Counted from the first letter of the stretch, positions 26,830 through 42,812 are shown. The stretch is 64,000 bases of DNA from Chrysomallon squamiferum (GCA_012295275.1 CM022665.1:14880001-14944000); one strand, 5' to 3'. Program-made: numbers and translations. Notes: generated by a model not told the origin, from the letters alone.

Positions 26830-29277
26830 GCCGTTCTTCATTAGACGTTGCAAAGATTAACATATGTGACAATTACGAGCTTTTATTACTTCGTTTGAAA
26901 ATAGGTTAAATGTCATTTGTCATTTTTAACGCAGACAGATGTGTCTTTGATGGTAGCAGTGTTGCTAATTTAAGAAGAAAAATAAGGTTAAAAGGTCACG
27001 TGTTGTAAATAGTATTAGTTCATTGGCTGGTAACTCCATTTCAAAACTTATCGGAACCTGTATATGTATACATGTATTGATTTGTTTTCCTTTATATTAT
27101 TAATATTAATTATATAGATATGTGTATTATTTATTTATTTATTATTGTTGTTGTTGTTGTTGTTACTATTACTACTACTACTACTACTATACTACTACTG
27201 CTACTACTGCTACTACTATTTGTTTAAATAACTTTTATTAAGTTACCATTTTAAGACGACAGTTTTCGGCTGTGAATTCAAACAGGGAGTATCTATCCTT
27301 TTGTTGCATATTTTGGGGATGTTAGGCGGATATAGAATTTGTTTCTTCTGCTTCTTCTTTTTCTTCTTCTTCTTCTTCCCCTTACTCTAAAGCGAAAAAA
27401 TAAAGTATAATATCAAAACACATACACATACACACACAGACACACACACATAAAAAAAAAAAAAAAAGTTAAAGAAAAGGAAAGAAGAGAAGAAAAAAAT
27501 ATGACCTCCACCACCGTACACATCAAAACATAAAAAAGAAAGACCTGCAAAGAAAAGATAAGGGAAACAAATAATAAAATAACACACTCGAGATGAAACG
27601 AGGCACGTGCCATTAAATACATGTGACATGGAGCGGTCATTGGCGTATTAAAGCTTTAAACTCAATTTATTTATGACAAGACGAACTAGGCCACTTAAAA
27701 GTAATTTTATTCTGTAATAATATGATTACATTTACTACGGGAGACACTCTGGCGCTTTGCCTCGGTCCCGGCCTCCGTGCCCATTCATGCAAAATGTATG
27801 AAGTATTATATTTCAGTTTGTTAAATTTTACACAAAGAGTGAAAAATAAAATCTTAAAACATAATACATTAGCATTGTCAGCTTTTGTAAAACAGACACC
27901 CCCGGCTTTAACGTCCATTACCGAGAGCAGTGATCATTAAACATTCAAAATGTCTTCCTGTTTTTGGGGTCTGTTATTTGTTTCGTTTTCTTCATGTTGT
28001 TGTTATTATTGTTATTACGACTACTACTGCTACTACTATTACTACTACTACACTACAATAATAAAGCAAAAGAACGCAGCCAACTGAAACAGTAACTAAC
28101 AGCTTCTATTCCGTTCTTCCTTATCTCAGTTTCTCATTTATTTCTCGCTTTCACTATAATGCATATTTAGAATAATGAGAAAAAGCTTTCTCTGATATAG
28201 CTAATATCTTTCTTTTCTTCATTCTTTTTATTCTGGGGTTGTTGGTTTTTTGTGGGTTTTTTTGTGGGTTTTTTTTTTTTTTTTTTTTATGCTTGCTAGC
28301 TTTCTGATCTTAAGGACAAAAGAGGAATATACACTATTTACGTGCATGTATGTCAGTGAATGAATGAATGGTCGTAATAATAATAATAATGGTTATTACG
28401 TGTCAGACATAGCTTTTGTATACTTGATGACATAAGAAACCAGCCTCAGCTCAGACCAATTAACAGCAAGCAGTGAAAGCACGCGATACAGCCTTTTGTA
28501 AACAAGGGGCTTTGGTTTGAACGGGATATAACCTTATAAGAACACCTTGGAGGATTTGATCTCGCCACTAGAAGATGGGTAAACCAAAATGCATGTGATT
28601 TTACCAACAGGCGGTCTTTTTTTATTTGATTTTATTTTATTTTATTTTTTGAATCTTTGTGGTAATATTCGTGCCTTAAGAGAAGAAATTTAAAGAAATT
28701 AAAATTAATAAAGAAAAAGAGAGAGAAAGAGAGAAGAAGATACTTTTGACTCTAATTGTATCCATCAAAAGCCTGTACAAAGGAACGAAGACCTCAAATT
28801 ACCATGGCCTACGTTGTATCAAGTTTCACAAAAACGGTGAAGATAATAATTACACGGTTTCCAATTGCATGCTGCATGGCGCTGCCATTGAATGAACGAA
28901 TATAATTTGTTTTCCCATTTGTTAACTGGTTATGTGGAATCAGCTGTCTGGCTGGCATACGGCTCCGAATGTTCCTGAAGAGACATGGTCTTTTTGGAAT
29001 GATGGATGTACCCTGACAGATACACAGACAGACGGACATACAATCGCAAGCACTTGTATAGAGAGAATCGCTATAAAAATGAAGAAAGCAAATGAATAAT
29101 CAGAAGAGAACTTTTGTATAGAGGTGTTTTGTTTATTTCTTTTGCTTTTTTGTTTTTTTATTTCAATTTCCTTTATAATGTTCAGGATTTTATGTACGCA
29201 CTTACGCGCTCACGCACACCTTAGTTTATAATAAATAACTTAACTATATTGTATTAACAGCTCTGAGGACAGAGGCT

Positions 29278-29324
<47 letters not shown>

Positions 29325-29511
29325 CAAAAAAGAATATGGATGAAAAGCATTAATATCATTGACGATACTGGCACAGACACCCTTTAACATACACATACAC
29401 CTGAGTTTATAATAAAATAACAAAAAGTGACAAAAAATACTAATACCTCTGAGGATTCAGTTAGTGGCACGCACACGCACACACGCGCAAACACACACAC
29501 ACATAGACACA

Positions 29512-29544
<33 letters not shown>

Positions 29545-30137
29545 ACACACGACTCACTGACTACATGATCATAAAGTGACGAATGACAAAACGATTAATC
29601 AGTCAGTAGTCTCTGTTCTTCGCGTCTGTTATACCCGAGTGTTAATCTGTGTTTGTACCTTTTAGTGAGAACAAACACTGCACAGTTTGTACAGGTCTTA
29701 AACCTCGGGTAAAAGTTTTCAGTATATTAACACAGGTGGGTGAATGACAGGCCATGCAAATATCAAATGAAATTTTATACACGCAATTTACATGTAATTT
29801 GAGATCGTTTTCAGTAATGGTATTATTTCTCACAGTTTAATGTCACAAATACGTGATGTTTTATAAATATGAGGATTTTTTTCTTCTTTTTCATCTTCGT
29901 GCAAACTACATAGCTGGTTATGTATATATATATATATACATATATATGTGTGTGTGTGTGTGTATGTATGTATATGATGTATGCCAGAGATTTCTGAAAA
30001 TCCTTACATCTTCTTCGAGTCTTCTTTGGTGCACCAGAGTTTGTGTGTCACTTTCTCTCTATTCAACCAGAACTAAAAGTGTAGCTTTGGTAATACGAAG
30101 CAATAGTCTAATTATATTTTTAATATTTCCACGTTAC

Positions 30138-30177
<40 letters not shown>

Positions 30178-30178
30178 C

Positions 30179-30217
<39 letters not shown>

Positions 30218-30290
30218 TATTAGTATTATTATTTATTATTATTGTTGTTGTTAGTTATTGTTATTGTTATTATTATTATTATTATTATCA

Positions 30291-30347
<57 letters not shown>

Positions 30348-30683
30348 GCGTTGTTGTTGTTGTTGTGGCCATTGCCGTTCTTTATTTCTTTATCTAAACC
30401 TAATTTTCAATGTATTTCTATTGAAACGTTTGGACAGGGACCCCCAGTCTGCTGTGCTCCGCGGGTTTTCAGTTATATTAATCACTATGCTCAAAATAAA
30501 AAATGGAGATAAAGACACAATTATATTAATTACCATAAGCCACTGTGGCTTAAAAAGAAAAAATGAAATTCATTCAAGGCCATTCACCTGTTTACAAATC
30601 TAAATCTTTCAACCATGGTTTATGTCATATTTATACAATCAGATATATATATATATATATACATGTTTCTTTGTGTCTTTGTG

Positions 30684-30736
<53 letters not shown>

Positions 30737-31791
30737 TTGTATGTATGAGTGCGAATATACTATACACACATATATATTAGGTTGTGACGAAAGTTCCGTC
30801 CGTTTTTTAAGGCTCAATAAAACAATAAAAAATATTTTAAAAGCCCACGATGTCTGATTTGTTTAGTATAGCCACCATTCTTCTCTGTGACCTCTTTCCA
30901 TCTGTCAGTTAGCTTTTCAGTGCCACGTTAGTAAACATCTTTAAATCTAACTAGATATTTACTTTAAAAAAAAAAAAAAAAAAAAAAACGGACAACACTT
31001 TTGTTACAATCTGCTACATACACTAAATGATACAGTAGGATTTTGTCTTCGTGTGTCCGTCAATCAAAACGCGAAGGCCTATCATTATCATATAACAAAC
31101 AAAAATCAAAACCACCGATGATTATAAATATCTATAAAAATTTAAAATATACACAGTTTATGTATTTATATAATCTACCATTTACTGTCCATGTGAATTT
31201 TGTGTCAAGTTATTGATCTAATGAATTATTAACAAGGCGGACATGGACTAAATGAATTGGTGATGTGGACGTTTTCGTGTGTACACAATTCCTGCCTACG
31301 GCTGATTGCCGTGAAGAACCGCTATGGTCCATCAGGCCAAACAATTTAGTCCTGTCATTGCGCATGGCAAATATTCGATATCGGGTGTTCCCTGCTATTT
31401 GAATTGTAAGGTACAAAAGATATAAATTAGTTTATAAAGTGGACATCGACGTTGTTCACAACGTCAGGTGTTTCTTTTCTTTAATGCGACTGGTTATGCG
31501 GGAAGCCGTAAAAACGACTGATAGTTAGATAGTTAGTTATTCGTTTGAAAGCAAAATTAGACATGGCGTAAATTTATGAGCTGAAATTAAATACTTTTCT
31601 GTAGAAATTATTTTTACACAAATGAGTTATTGGTTCTAATGGAATATGCTGTGGGAAGTGGTATATAATATATTAAAGTGATTCTTTTTTTCTTATCTGA
31701 ATAGTTAGCGGAAGAATATGAAAATGTTGTATAGTCATTGAAATGAGTGACAAAGAAGCCTGTATGTCTGCGTGAAATGAATATTACAAGA

Positions 31792-31874
<83 letters not shown>

Positions 31875-31942
31875 CGCTCGCTCGCTCGCTCTCTTTCTCT
31901 CTCTCTCTCTCTCATACACACACATTTTTTATTTTGTTTTTA

Positions 31943-31973
<31 letters not shown>

Positions 31974-32684
31974 TTTATTTTCCTTCTAAATTAACTACTG
32001 TATACTATGTGATCCATTCAGCTTTATAACGACACTCAGAACAAGGTGGATAATTTACACCAAATACACATTATCATTTAACAGCATAAAAACAAAGAGT
32101 AATTCAGCTTTTAACAGCGATTTGATGGCGTTTACAAAACCCACAGGAATCAGTCTACGAAACATTCGCTTGTATCGGTAGCTTTCGGAATCCTTGAGCC
32201 AAACGAAGCTTTTCATCGAAATGGCATTTATTCCAATGAGATGTTCATTATTTAAAACGCTGTGTGCAAAATTAATTCTCTCACCTGCATTAAGTGATCA
32301 CCTGGGACAAGGTAAGTTAGCCATGCATGTGGCTTTCCAGTGATAAATAAAACATAAAAAAGTGTTTATCGCCATTCATCAGGAGACCAACTATCCCTTT
32401 ATGATCTGCGTCTTCGTATCCGTCTGTCTGTCAGTCTGTTTGTGTGTACGTATGCCTGGATTCTGCACCGTAGATCTTATGAATATAAAGACTAAAACAT
32501 TTTGAAAATAATTGATAAAAAGTCCTAAATTATCGTTATTCTTTATCTCTGTATAGTAATACAATTATGAACGTACAAAATAGTTCTTTATACTATTTTC
32601 TAGACATCTCTTCTCTATTAAAAAAAAAAGTGCATTTGTTGATCTGCATAATTTGAATCAGTTTGTTTTTGCTTTTTATTTATT

Positions 32685-32734
<50 letters not shown>

Positions 32735-33338
32735 TTGTTTTATTTTCACTTTTAATTCGATGTTAAAGAATATCGTTTGTTTGTAGTAATCTTCTTCTGC
32801 TTCTTCTTCATTCTTTTTCTTCATCTTCTTCTTGATCTGATTTAAAATCAAACTTGTTAGTCGTCTTTCGCTCCAATGATGGCGCCTGCTGACAAAGACA
32901 GGATTACACAGCAAAAGTAACAAAAAAAATTAAAAATTAAAATAAAAATTAAAAAAAGAAGAAGAAGAAGAAAGAAAAAGAAAGAAAAGGGAAAAAAGAC
33001 AAAAACTTGTAAATGTCTTTTTAAAAAAAAAAACTTGACTGAGAAATTAATTCTGCATCAAGCTACTCAAGGAAATTAAATTTATTTTTCTTCTGGTGTT
33101 TTCTATAGGAAACAATTTTGCCATAAGATTTCCTAGAACGCCAAGTTATATTCCCGCTCTTTAATCAACAATATAAATGTCAGGGATTATTCACGTAACA
33201 TGTTCTTTAATATCTTTATTGATTGGCGAATGTTAATTTAAAAAAATAAATTTGTTGTTATCTTGTAATAATTTTAAGGTAATATTATTCTTGTTTTGTT
33301 TCTGTATAGGTGTGCGGGTATTAGAGTCAGAAAGAAAC

Positions 33339-33446
<108 letters not shown>

Positions 33447-33827
33447 CTCTAAAAGTCTCTGACTGTCGAGACAAATTTAAAAACATCAAATTAATACACA
33501 AAACACATAATTAGCGAAGAGACCATTTGATATACAGTTCTTTTTGTTTGTTTGTTTCTCTTTATCTGTATGAAATATTATTATTATTATTATTTTTTTT
33601 TTTTTTTTGCCGTCTTTTTTTATTTTCCCCTTTTTTTTCAGTTATTTTTATGAATTTATTTCCTTATGTGGCAGATGTCAAATTCCGTTTAAGATGTCTA
33701 CGTTAAATGTTTTAATTGTTTTAGTGTTTCGTCCTACAACGAAAACGCGGGAAAAAAAACCTAATTAAAAAAAAAAAAATAATAAATAAATAAATAAATA
33801 AATATAAAAATAATAGTAATAATAATA

Positions 33828-33868
<41 letters not shown>

Positions 33869-35636
33869 GTAGTAGTAATAATAATAACAAAATGAATAAA
33901 TAAATAAATAATTAGTTAGATGTATTTTAAACTAATTATGAAATAATTATAATAAATAACAATATTAATATTAGAAGAAGAAGAAGAAGAAGAAGAAAAT
34001 GACGAAGAAGAAGATGATGATGATGATGATGAAGGAGAAGAAGAAGAAGAAGAAAAAAGAATAATATGAAGAAGAAAAAGAATGACCTTGAACGCACAAA
34101 TCTAAGACTTAACTGTTGGAAATATTCTACTCGTCTGCTAGGTTACAAGTCATATGGAGACGGCAGCCTTTTGATGAAATCATCGATTGAAAAAAAAGAA
34201 AAACCACTCCGTCGGGACACTGAACTCACTTTTCAATTGATTTAATAATTGCTACTGCCATTTTGTTCTCTCTCTCATTCAAAGCCGTACCTAAAATATG
34301 ATCGGCGAAAACCTTTCAACATGGATTTTTTTTTTATTAAACGTTTCAGATGCAGGGCACTATCAAATTTCAGCACAAAGGTTTTGTTTCCAGACAGATT
34401 CGTCATACGTAGAATGGTGATTTTTTTTCTTATTATTTCTTTTTATTTCTTTCATTATTATTATTATTATTATTATTGTTATTATTATTATTATCATTTT
34501 TGATGTACCAACCTTTATGGTACAATATTAAAGTCATCGATTTTACGTATCATATAGTAGGATTATATTTTATTATTTTACAATTTTATTGAATTGTTTT
34601 ACTTTATGTAAAATATGTATTTGTTTTATGCAAATAAAATAATTTTAATGTGAATATAGAGTTAACTGACGACGAGTAGGACAATAGCACCAAATTGATT
34701 TGATTTGATTTTTTCTTATTTTATTTTATTTTATTTTATTTTAAATTATCACGATTATTTATTTTTTTATTTTCTAATTTTTTTAATATTATTATTGTTA
34801 ATGCTACTTCTCCGACTACTACTACTGCTTCTGCTGTTACTACAGCTACTACTACTACTACTTCTATTACCACAACTACTGCACCAATAAATGCAATCAC
34901 CACAGTTACCACCACCTCCATCAGCAGCACTGCTACTACTAATTATTACATCGACACTATCGCTATAGCTATAGCTGTTATTGATTTGATATGTTTAGTA
35001 GTAGCAGCAGCAGCTGTCGTAGCAGTAGAAACTGCAGCAGTAGTTGTAAGTATCATCGTCATCATCAACATCATCATTTACCATCATCACTGAAGATACC
35101 ATATTGATTCTCTTTATTTTTCTTTTGCTGTTTAAGATTTTCACGTTAATGGACACACATACAGCTCCATACCTCGGATCAGACAGTTCTGAAATTGCTC
35201 CCAGACCTCCTCGCTGAAGGTAGGGGTTAATGCATCTGAAACACGACATCTGACCAAGCAAATATTTATCTTTTTTTTAAAAAAACGATACGTCTGCATA
35301 ATGCTTGAAGGGCACACATTTCTTTCACACGCGGTCGCGACTTTTCATTTAATTAACGTGGCCTGCTAGTCACTGAGAGCCCATCTTTGCTCGCCGTTTA
35401 AATAAACTGGCTAGAAGATTTTTAAAGGCAGAATCGATTTTTTGAAAAACTCTCGCTTAGCTTGTACTCTGTTTTATTTATAGACGCATCTAACGGTAAA
35501 GTGATTTAATAATATTATCAGATTTTTTAAACAATATTAATGTAACGTTTTGCCTGAAAGACATAGGTATTTATTTTGTTTTATGCGTAGTGCATTGTCT
35601 TTTGTGGAAATCCGAACTAATTTTTATTTATTTATT

Positions 35637-35689
<53 letters not shown>

Positions 35690-36279
35690 TATTATTATTA
35701 TTATTTATATTATTTAAAAGAAATTCAAAAAAGAATGACAGTATTATTAATTTCTTCATGGACATCAGAAAAGCAACAAATGGAAGCCGATTTATTAAAA
35801 AAGAAAATCGCTTCGCAAAATATCGCCTACAGAGTTCTTTAATTTTTCTTTTTTTCTTGCTTTCGTTTATTTCTCTTTTTTTTTTTTTTTTTTTTTTAAT
35901 TTATTTTTTATTACATTAACAACTCTTTCTCATGATTATCTTTCCTTCATCTCTCCATCTTTTTATTCGTGTAATTACTTTTAATTTCATTGATTATTTA
36001 GGTTATTATTTTACAGATCCAAGCTGCCAGTGAAATCAGCGACCTTTTTAAACTTAACTTAAACCACCTCGTTTTGCTGAGTGCAGAAAAGTAAACCTTT
36101 AAACCACACCATTAAACTGCTGTCGTAAACTATATATATATATATATATATATAATCTGTTGATTATTTCATGTTTATATTGAATAATCGAGTATGTTGC
36201 TTTGGGTAGCGCATAACAGCGGAAGTGTTCCAGCCTTATTGCTGCATTTACACTGAACACAGTTTACATGTGACACGTT

Positions 36280-36530
36280 TCACATATAAAATACTTTATT
36301 TGTGTTGTATTTTACGTAAAAAAAAGTATTTTACTTCTGTCGTATTTTACATAAAAAGTATTTTTATTTGTAACGTATTTTACATATAAAGTATCTTACT
36401 TGTGACATATTTTACATAACAAGCACTTTACTTGTGACGTATTTTACACATAAAGTAATTTGCTTCTGATCTATCTTAGACAAAACACATTTTATATGTG
36501 ATGTAACATTTTAACATAAAATATATTTTC
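36280..36530. repeat. Degenerate ~33-bp tandem repeat
   Basis: Recurring GTATTTTACA.A.AAAGTA.TTTACTTGTGAC. Confidence 0.7.
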
Positions 36531-37524
36531 CACATACTACATTTAGCTACTTTTTTTTTTTTTTTTTTAAATCTAAAAATGTACACTGGATTAAATACGT
36601 ATGTTAAAATGTATTGATGTTAGTTAATTAATTAATTAATTTATTTGTTTATTCAGTACTATTGCTGCTGCTACTATTACTAATACTAATGCTGCTGCCG
36701 CTACTATTACGCAGCTGTTATTAATACATTATTATTATGCTTACTGTTACTACCTCTAACACTAAAACTACTAGTAGTTACTACCATTTAATATGCATAT
36801 GCACATATTTTAAATTAAATACACTTTCCTTTTAACGTATATTCCAGATAACACATAATTATTTATATAAATAAAAAGTATTTAATATATAGATAAAATA
36901 TATTTTACATTTAACCTACTTTACTTCTAGCACATTTTTTCGATTAATCTACTTCACATCAAGCGGTTTTGGGGGTTTTGGGGGTTTGGGGTTTTTTTTT
37001 TTTTGTTCATTTTTCAGGTAACGTATTTTACACGTAATGTATTTTGGTGTTAATGTAGTTTACGTCAAGAGAGAATACTAAAATACTTCCAGTGATCTGG
37101 ATAATTACATTACATCTTCTGTTTGGTTCTAATTTTAGTCTCTGAACCATTTTCCTATTATTTCTGATAATTCTTCATTTCTGAGTCAGCAAATCGCCTT
37201 GGGTCATTTGTCCTTTTTCTTTCTAAATGTCCGAATCTTTTGAAGCTCTGAGCAAGAAGAAAGGAAAAAAAAAAAAAAAAACCCAGAACGGGCGAAAAAT
37301 TAAAAAGAAAGAAAGAACGACTGACGGAAAGAAGCGATAACAACAAAGAAAGAAAGAAAGAAAGAGAGATGGAAATAAATATTAATTGAAGATGAAAATA
37401 CAGATAAAACAAAAAGCATATGAAAAACTGAAGGAATGAAAGATTAAAAAAAGATAAATAAAGGAAACTGAAATGGAAAGAACGAAAAAAATATATTCTG
37501 TCTTACGTTAGTCTGATGTGCATA

Positions 37525-37835
37525 TTATGTATGTATGTGTATGTGTGTTTGTGTGTTTGTATGTATGTATGTATTTATGTATGTATGTATGTATGTATGT
37601 ATGAATGTATGTATGTATGAATGTATGTATGTATGTATGAATGTATGTATGTATGTATGTATGTATGTATGTATGTATGTATGTATGTATGTATGTATGT
37701 ATGAATGTATGTATGTATGAATGTATGTATGAATGTATGTATGTATGTATGTATGTATGTATGTATGTATGTATGTATGTATGTATGTATGTATGTATGT
37801 ATGTATGTATGAATGTATGTATGTATGTATGTATG
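37525..37835. repeat. (TATG)n microsatellite, ~300 bp
   Basis: Seen directly; explains the YIHT/MYVC ORFs. Confidence 0.97.
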
Positions 37836-38363
37836 TCTGTATTTGCACATATGGATTCAGTTACCCTGCTATTATATTATCTTCAGTCTCGTTTGTGCTA
37901 TAATCGGAAAAGGCTAATCCCCTCGAATGACATAACCACCGAGCCATCACGAGCTTTTTAATACGACAGATAGAAAAAGAGTTTTTTGTTATGTAGATAT
38001 TAAACAAACTACAGTAACTGACAGCCGTGAAAGGGTCAAGGACATCTAGACAATACAGGGAACCCCAGCGAGTTGTGGTTAACAAAAAAATATATATAAT
38101 CCCACTCTTCAAAGACAATTTTATCATGTAACGAAATTGCCAGGCAACGTCTATACACAAACCTGGCCAGTGTACAATGGCGTGGATTTCAATAATAGAT
38201 TACCTTTAACGCTGAACAAATACGTTAGTCGATTTCCACTGAAATATATCAAGCATAATTTATTGATGGTCCGCATGACCTTGCGTTTTTTTAGTTCAGA
38301 ACAGACAAAGATCATGTTGAAAATCCGCCATGGCTTAGGATTATACCTTTTTTATTATTTTTA

Positions 38364-38420
<57 letters not shown>

Positions 38421-39199
38421 TGTGTGTGTGGGGTAGATATAGATATGGCGATAGACAAAAAACAGATAAGCATATGGTAAGATATACAGACAGACGGGCG
38501 GACAGGCAAAGAGATGCACACAGACAAGCAAGCAGAAAGACAGGTATTAAGAAAAAGCAAGCAAACAAACTAAACAAAATAAAAAAATGGGCAAATATTT
38601 TTATTACTGTTATTAGTACAAAAAAAAAAAAAAAAAAAAAAAAAAGAAAAAAAAAAGACGAAAGCCTTTGCCTCTAACTAGAGAAGAAATCTATAAGTTA
38701 CTAATTCACTCAAGTTAAAAATAGCAAGTAAAATGCACCTGCTCCTGTCCCCTGTATAATCACTGGAGGCCTAATGGATGTAACTGCCAATATTTCTTTT
38801 TTAACATTTGCTGTTTTTAAGCTCATTACGCTGCCATATTCGTAATACCACGTCTAGCTGGCTTTGTCGAGAATCTATTATCTTTATACATTCAGAGTTC
38901 CTGTGCGGTCAGATAGTTAGAAGATTGATTTTAACCTAGCTCTTGTTGAATATTAATGAGATGCTGCTATTGGTTTAGATCTCGGATAATCTTGTTTAAT
39001 AAGGGTACAAGAACTCTTTATGCCACTAATTATTCATATTGTAGAATCATCATATTATACAAATTTTTGCTTTTTTTTCAAGCCACTGATACATTATATA
39101 CATAACTTTTTCAGGTTTTCAGTCGGTTTTCCTACTGCTGTTTGTCTTTTTACTGCTTAAGCCGTCTATTATAAATTTAGTATTGTGTTCAAGTAGAAG

Positions 39200-39361
<162 letters not shown>

Positions 39362-39788
39362 CCACAAGCACCACCACTACTACAGTAATACAGTCAAAGT
39401 TGTACATGTATTTTACATCACAGCCTTCATAATGACTACATCTACATCTAGAAATATCACCAACTACGAATATAACTTCTGCCACAAAGAAAATCACGAT
39501 GTTTTATCGTGTTCAACTTTTACCTACAAAACTACTGCTACATCAAGCGCTATTCCAATACTGCAACTAGTGCAACTATTTTCATAAAGGAATCGCACGA
39601 TTTTACATATATTTGAGCCATCAGCAACACTACTACGACATCAACAACTGCTGCCCCTACTGCCTGTTTTGCTATTACAATACAACTACTACAGTCATTA
39701 TTTAACAACTACTACCGCCACCTCCAACTTTATTATCATACCACGACTATTACAACCATTCTTCACAACAACTACTACATCTACATTA

Positions 39789-39831
<43 letters not shown>

Positions 39832-40308
39832 GTCTTCAACAATAACTGTTGCTGCCTTCGGTATTATTATTATTACAACAACCATTTTTCAACAACTACT
39901 ACCACTACGTCCAACATTATTATCATAGCACAGCTACGACGTCAACATTTTTCAAGCAGCTACTACCTCCATTTCTACCCGCTACCCTGTGAAAAATAAG
40001 TCCTGAGTTTCACGCGTACGTGTATTTACACCACCATCTGCACCACTGCTACACAAATAAGTCAAGGTTTTATTTACAGAAAGCGTTTTGACCCTTGTCT
40101 GTGTGAAATCTACCCTCTTACCACAGCCCATATTCAAATTACATTGTGGGCTCTTTGTATGTGGTTTAGAGGGTCACTGACATGGCTTTCTTTTGTGTCG
40201 CTGCCTTCCACTGTATCTGACCTGTCCATTTGAATTATATCACACGGACAGTGGTTTCAATTGACCACGCGCTAGCGGTGATTTTGATTAATCTCTACCT
40301 CCCTGCAG

Positions 40309-40473
40309 AGATGCGGGTAGGTGGAAGAAAAGCGGATTACCGATAAAGGAAAGCGGGTGGCTCAATTTGAAAGCGGGTAGCCCATTTCGAAAGCGGTTAG
40401 CCTGTTTTGAAAGCGGGTTCTCTATTCTGAAAGAGAACAGACCATTTTGAAAAACGATAGTCCAGATTGAAAA
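40309..40473. repeat. 20-bp phased tandem array (GAAAGCGGGTAGCCCATTTT-like) x~8
   Basis: GAAA or a close variant recurs every 20 nt, followed by GCGGGT variants; the remainder of each unit diverges. Confidence 0.85.
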
Positions 40474-40730
40474 TAAGTAATAATGTTCAAGCAAATAGCT
40501 GGAGGATGCGCTGTGGGTTTTTTCCATGTGACTGTGGAGTAAATAATTTCACTGTACATCTAAGCCGAAATGGCTTCTTCTTCATTTTTCTTTCTTTCTT
40601 TCTTTCTTTTAAATATATATATATATATATATATTTGTTATAGATTTACTTTCACATGAGTCTGTTAATTACCAAGGCCACCAAAGTTTGTGCACCACAT
40701 TTATGAAATGAGTTGATTATAAATACATTT

Positions 40731-40798
<68 letters not shown>

Positions 40799-41914
40799 GA
40801 TTTGTTTTCTGTTACACTGAACTCCCAAATGAAATGCACAAACTAAATGAAAGCAATCTAATTCTTCTTTCATTCAGTTCATTCATTCATTCATTCATTT
40901 CATTTCATTATTAATCGACCGGTGTTTATCTTGACAAATGTGACAAGAATATATACATTAATAAATGTGTGTGTAATATATATAAAAACAAACACACAAA
41001 CACATATATATTCATTTCCATCTCATTAGATACCATTTGTATGATTTATGAATTAAAAAAAAAAATCCGTTTAGCAAATATGCATGGTCTGCTCTTACGA
41101 TTAGCAGTAAGGTTTCATTTGCTTGCACCTTCCCATAAACTGAAACCAGCAGTCACTGTTTTTAATATACTTGCTGTGAAGTACTGACTTAAGAAGGATC
41201 AGTCTTGCGACATATTGCTCCTGATGCGGGCATTTTACCATGGAGGATCAGAAATAACGCGTGTATAATAGTAACAGCCGAGAAACAAACAATTCTTTAC
41301 AAAGCGGCCTAAGCGGGCTTTGACAATATAGAACATGTGTAATTATACAGACAGACCACATGGCCAGTGTCCTTGGGTCTCGAGTTACTGTGATTAACGT
41401 GAATATGCCGAGAGATCGGCAGGATAAACGCCTACGGAAATTATTAGAGCAGAACGCTACAAAAGGCCTGCGCATGGAATACATGTACCAGTAAACGCCC
41501 CCATTACAGCGAAAACGTGATCTCGGTTCACTGGTTTTCCCGCTTTTGTGTGTGTGTAGTTAAAAAGCAGAAGAAGAAAAAAAAAAAAAAAAAAAACAGA
41601 GGGAAAAGAATAGAAATGTTAAATATAATAAAAAGAAAGCAGAGTTAAAGAGTAAAATGATGTTTAATTTTTTAAAACCGTTTGGATTGATCTAACGACA
41701 TGTGTCAATAAAATTAAAGAAATATCGTCAACATAAAAATAAAAACAGTAGATGCTGTTGTTGCAGCTGCAGAAGACGTGACAGTCGTATTATTCTTATA
41801 CGTTATCATTGGTTATTACAACACCATTCAAAAAAAAGAATAACAATATTTGTTTTAACACGAGAACAAGCCTTCTGCAAATTTTACTGTAATCTTAAAA
41901 CTACTGAATAAACA

Positions 41915-41953
<39 letters not shown>

Positions 41954-42450
41954 ATGACAACATTACTATGTCACACAGTCAGTGCCCGTTGGCAACCTAC
42001 AGGACTCCGCAGAACCTGCATCTAAAAGTTTTAAGAGCTCTAGGTTATGGCATCTACTACATAAATGTCCACTTTATGATGGATATAATGTACACATAGC
42101 ATGTCACTTCCAGGGTATTAACCGCATCCAAGTGGACACTACAACATACGCTAGCATTGACCCAAAGGTGTTTGCCCTATTTCGCCCGCGATGGACGTAG
42201 AAGAAAGTGAAAATCGATTTGAGGACAAGGCCATGAGAGAGAGAGAGAGAGATTGTGTAGTTTATCAGCTCGTTTAACAGATGGACAGACAAATTAATTT
42301 AGATCTAGATATAAGCATAGAAATTATTTATGACGTCATTTCGTACATATAGATGTATTGTTGTTCTTGTTGTTGTTGTTATAAATGTTATTCATTTTTG
42401 TCAAATTATACATATTTAGACATTCGTTCAGAAATGATATTTGTATAATA

Positions 42451-42488
<38 letters not shown>

Positions 42489-42731
42489 GATAATAATAAT
42501 AATAAAAATGATGATGATAATAATGCTATTTCTAACTCCCGCTACAGTACTGTTGTTATCCTCCTCCGTTAAAAATGTATTGATACTGAAAGCCGATTTG
42601 ATAGTCTTTTTATTATTAAAACCTCATTTTGCAAGTCAAATGGAATTTTACGAAGTCATCAACAGTTTGTTTCGATTCAACGCTAACGAACTTCAGATTA
42701 AAACGTTATAAAATATAACAGCAATACCAAA

Positions 42732-42812
42732 TGACCTGGCATGAACTCCTCAGAATTGCCAATAAAACTTGTTCCTACGGCTGACACGGTTTGACCTGAC
42801 CTCATCTGACCT
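42732..42812 (-). promoter_or_regulatory. Cluster of DR4 nuclear-receptor response elements
   Basis: TGACCT-ggca-TGAACT (42732-42747), TGACAC-ggtt-TGACCT (42782-42797) and perfect TGACCT-catc-TGACCT (42797-42812). Confidence 0.5.

Noticed and set aside
31256-31402. Stop-bounded frame with VDVFVCT...AD..EP...N.VLS resembling a cellulose-synthase-like GT2 motif
   Set aside because: Needs a 5-aa insertion, has no splice sites or further exons, and is probably chance; BLASTx would settle it.
35188-35240. CCCAGACCTCCTCGCTG resembling the HDV ribozyme P3/L3
   Set aside because: No credible P1, J1/4 GG or J4/2 catalytic C could be built.
41982-42200. ORF with KSFKSSRLWH resembling the Helitron PIF1 helicase motif
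   Set aside because: The following NMR motif and other helicase motifs are absent.
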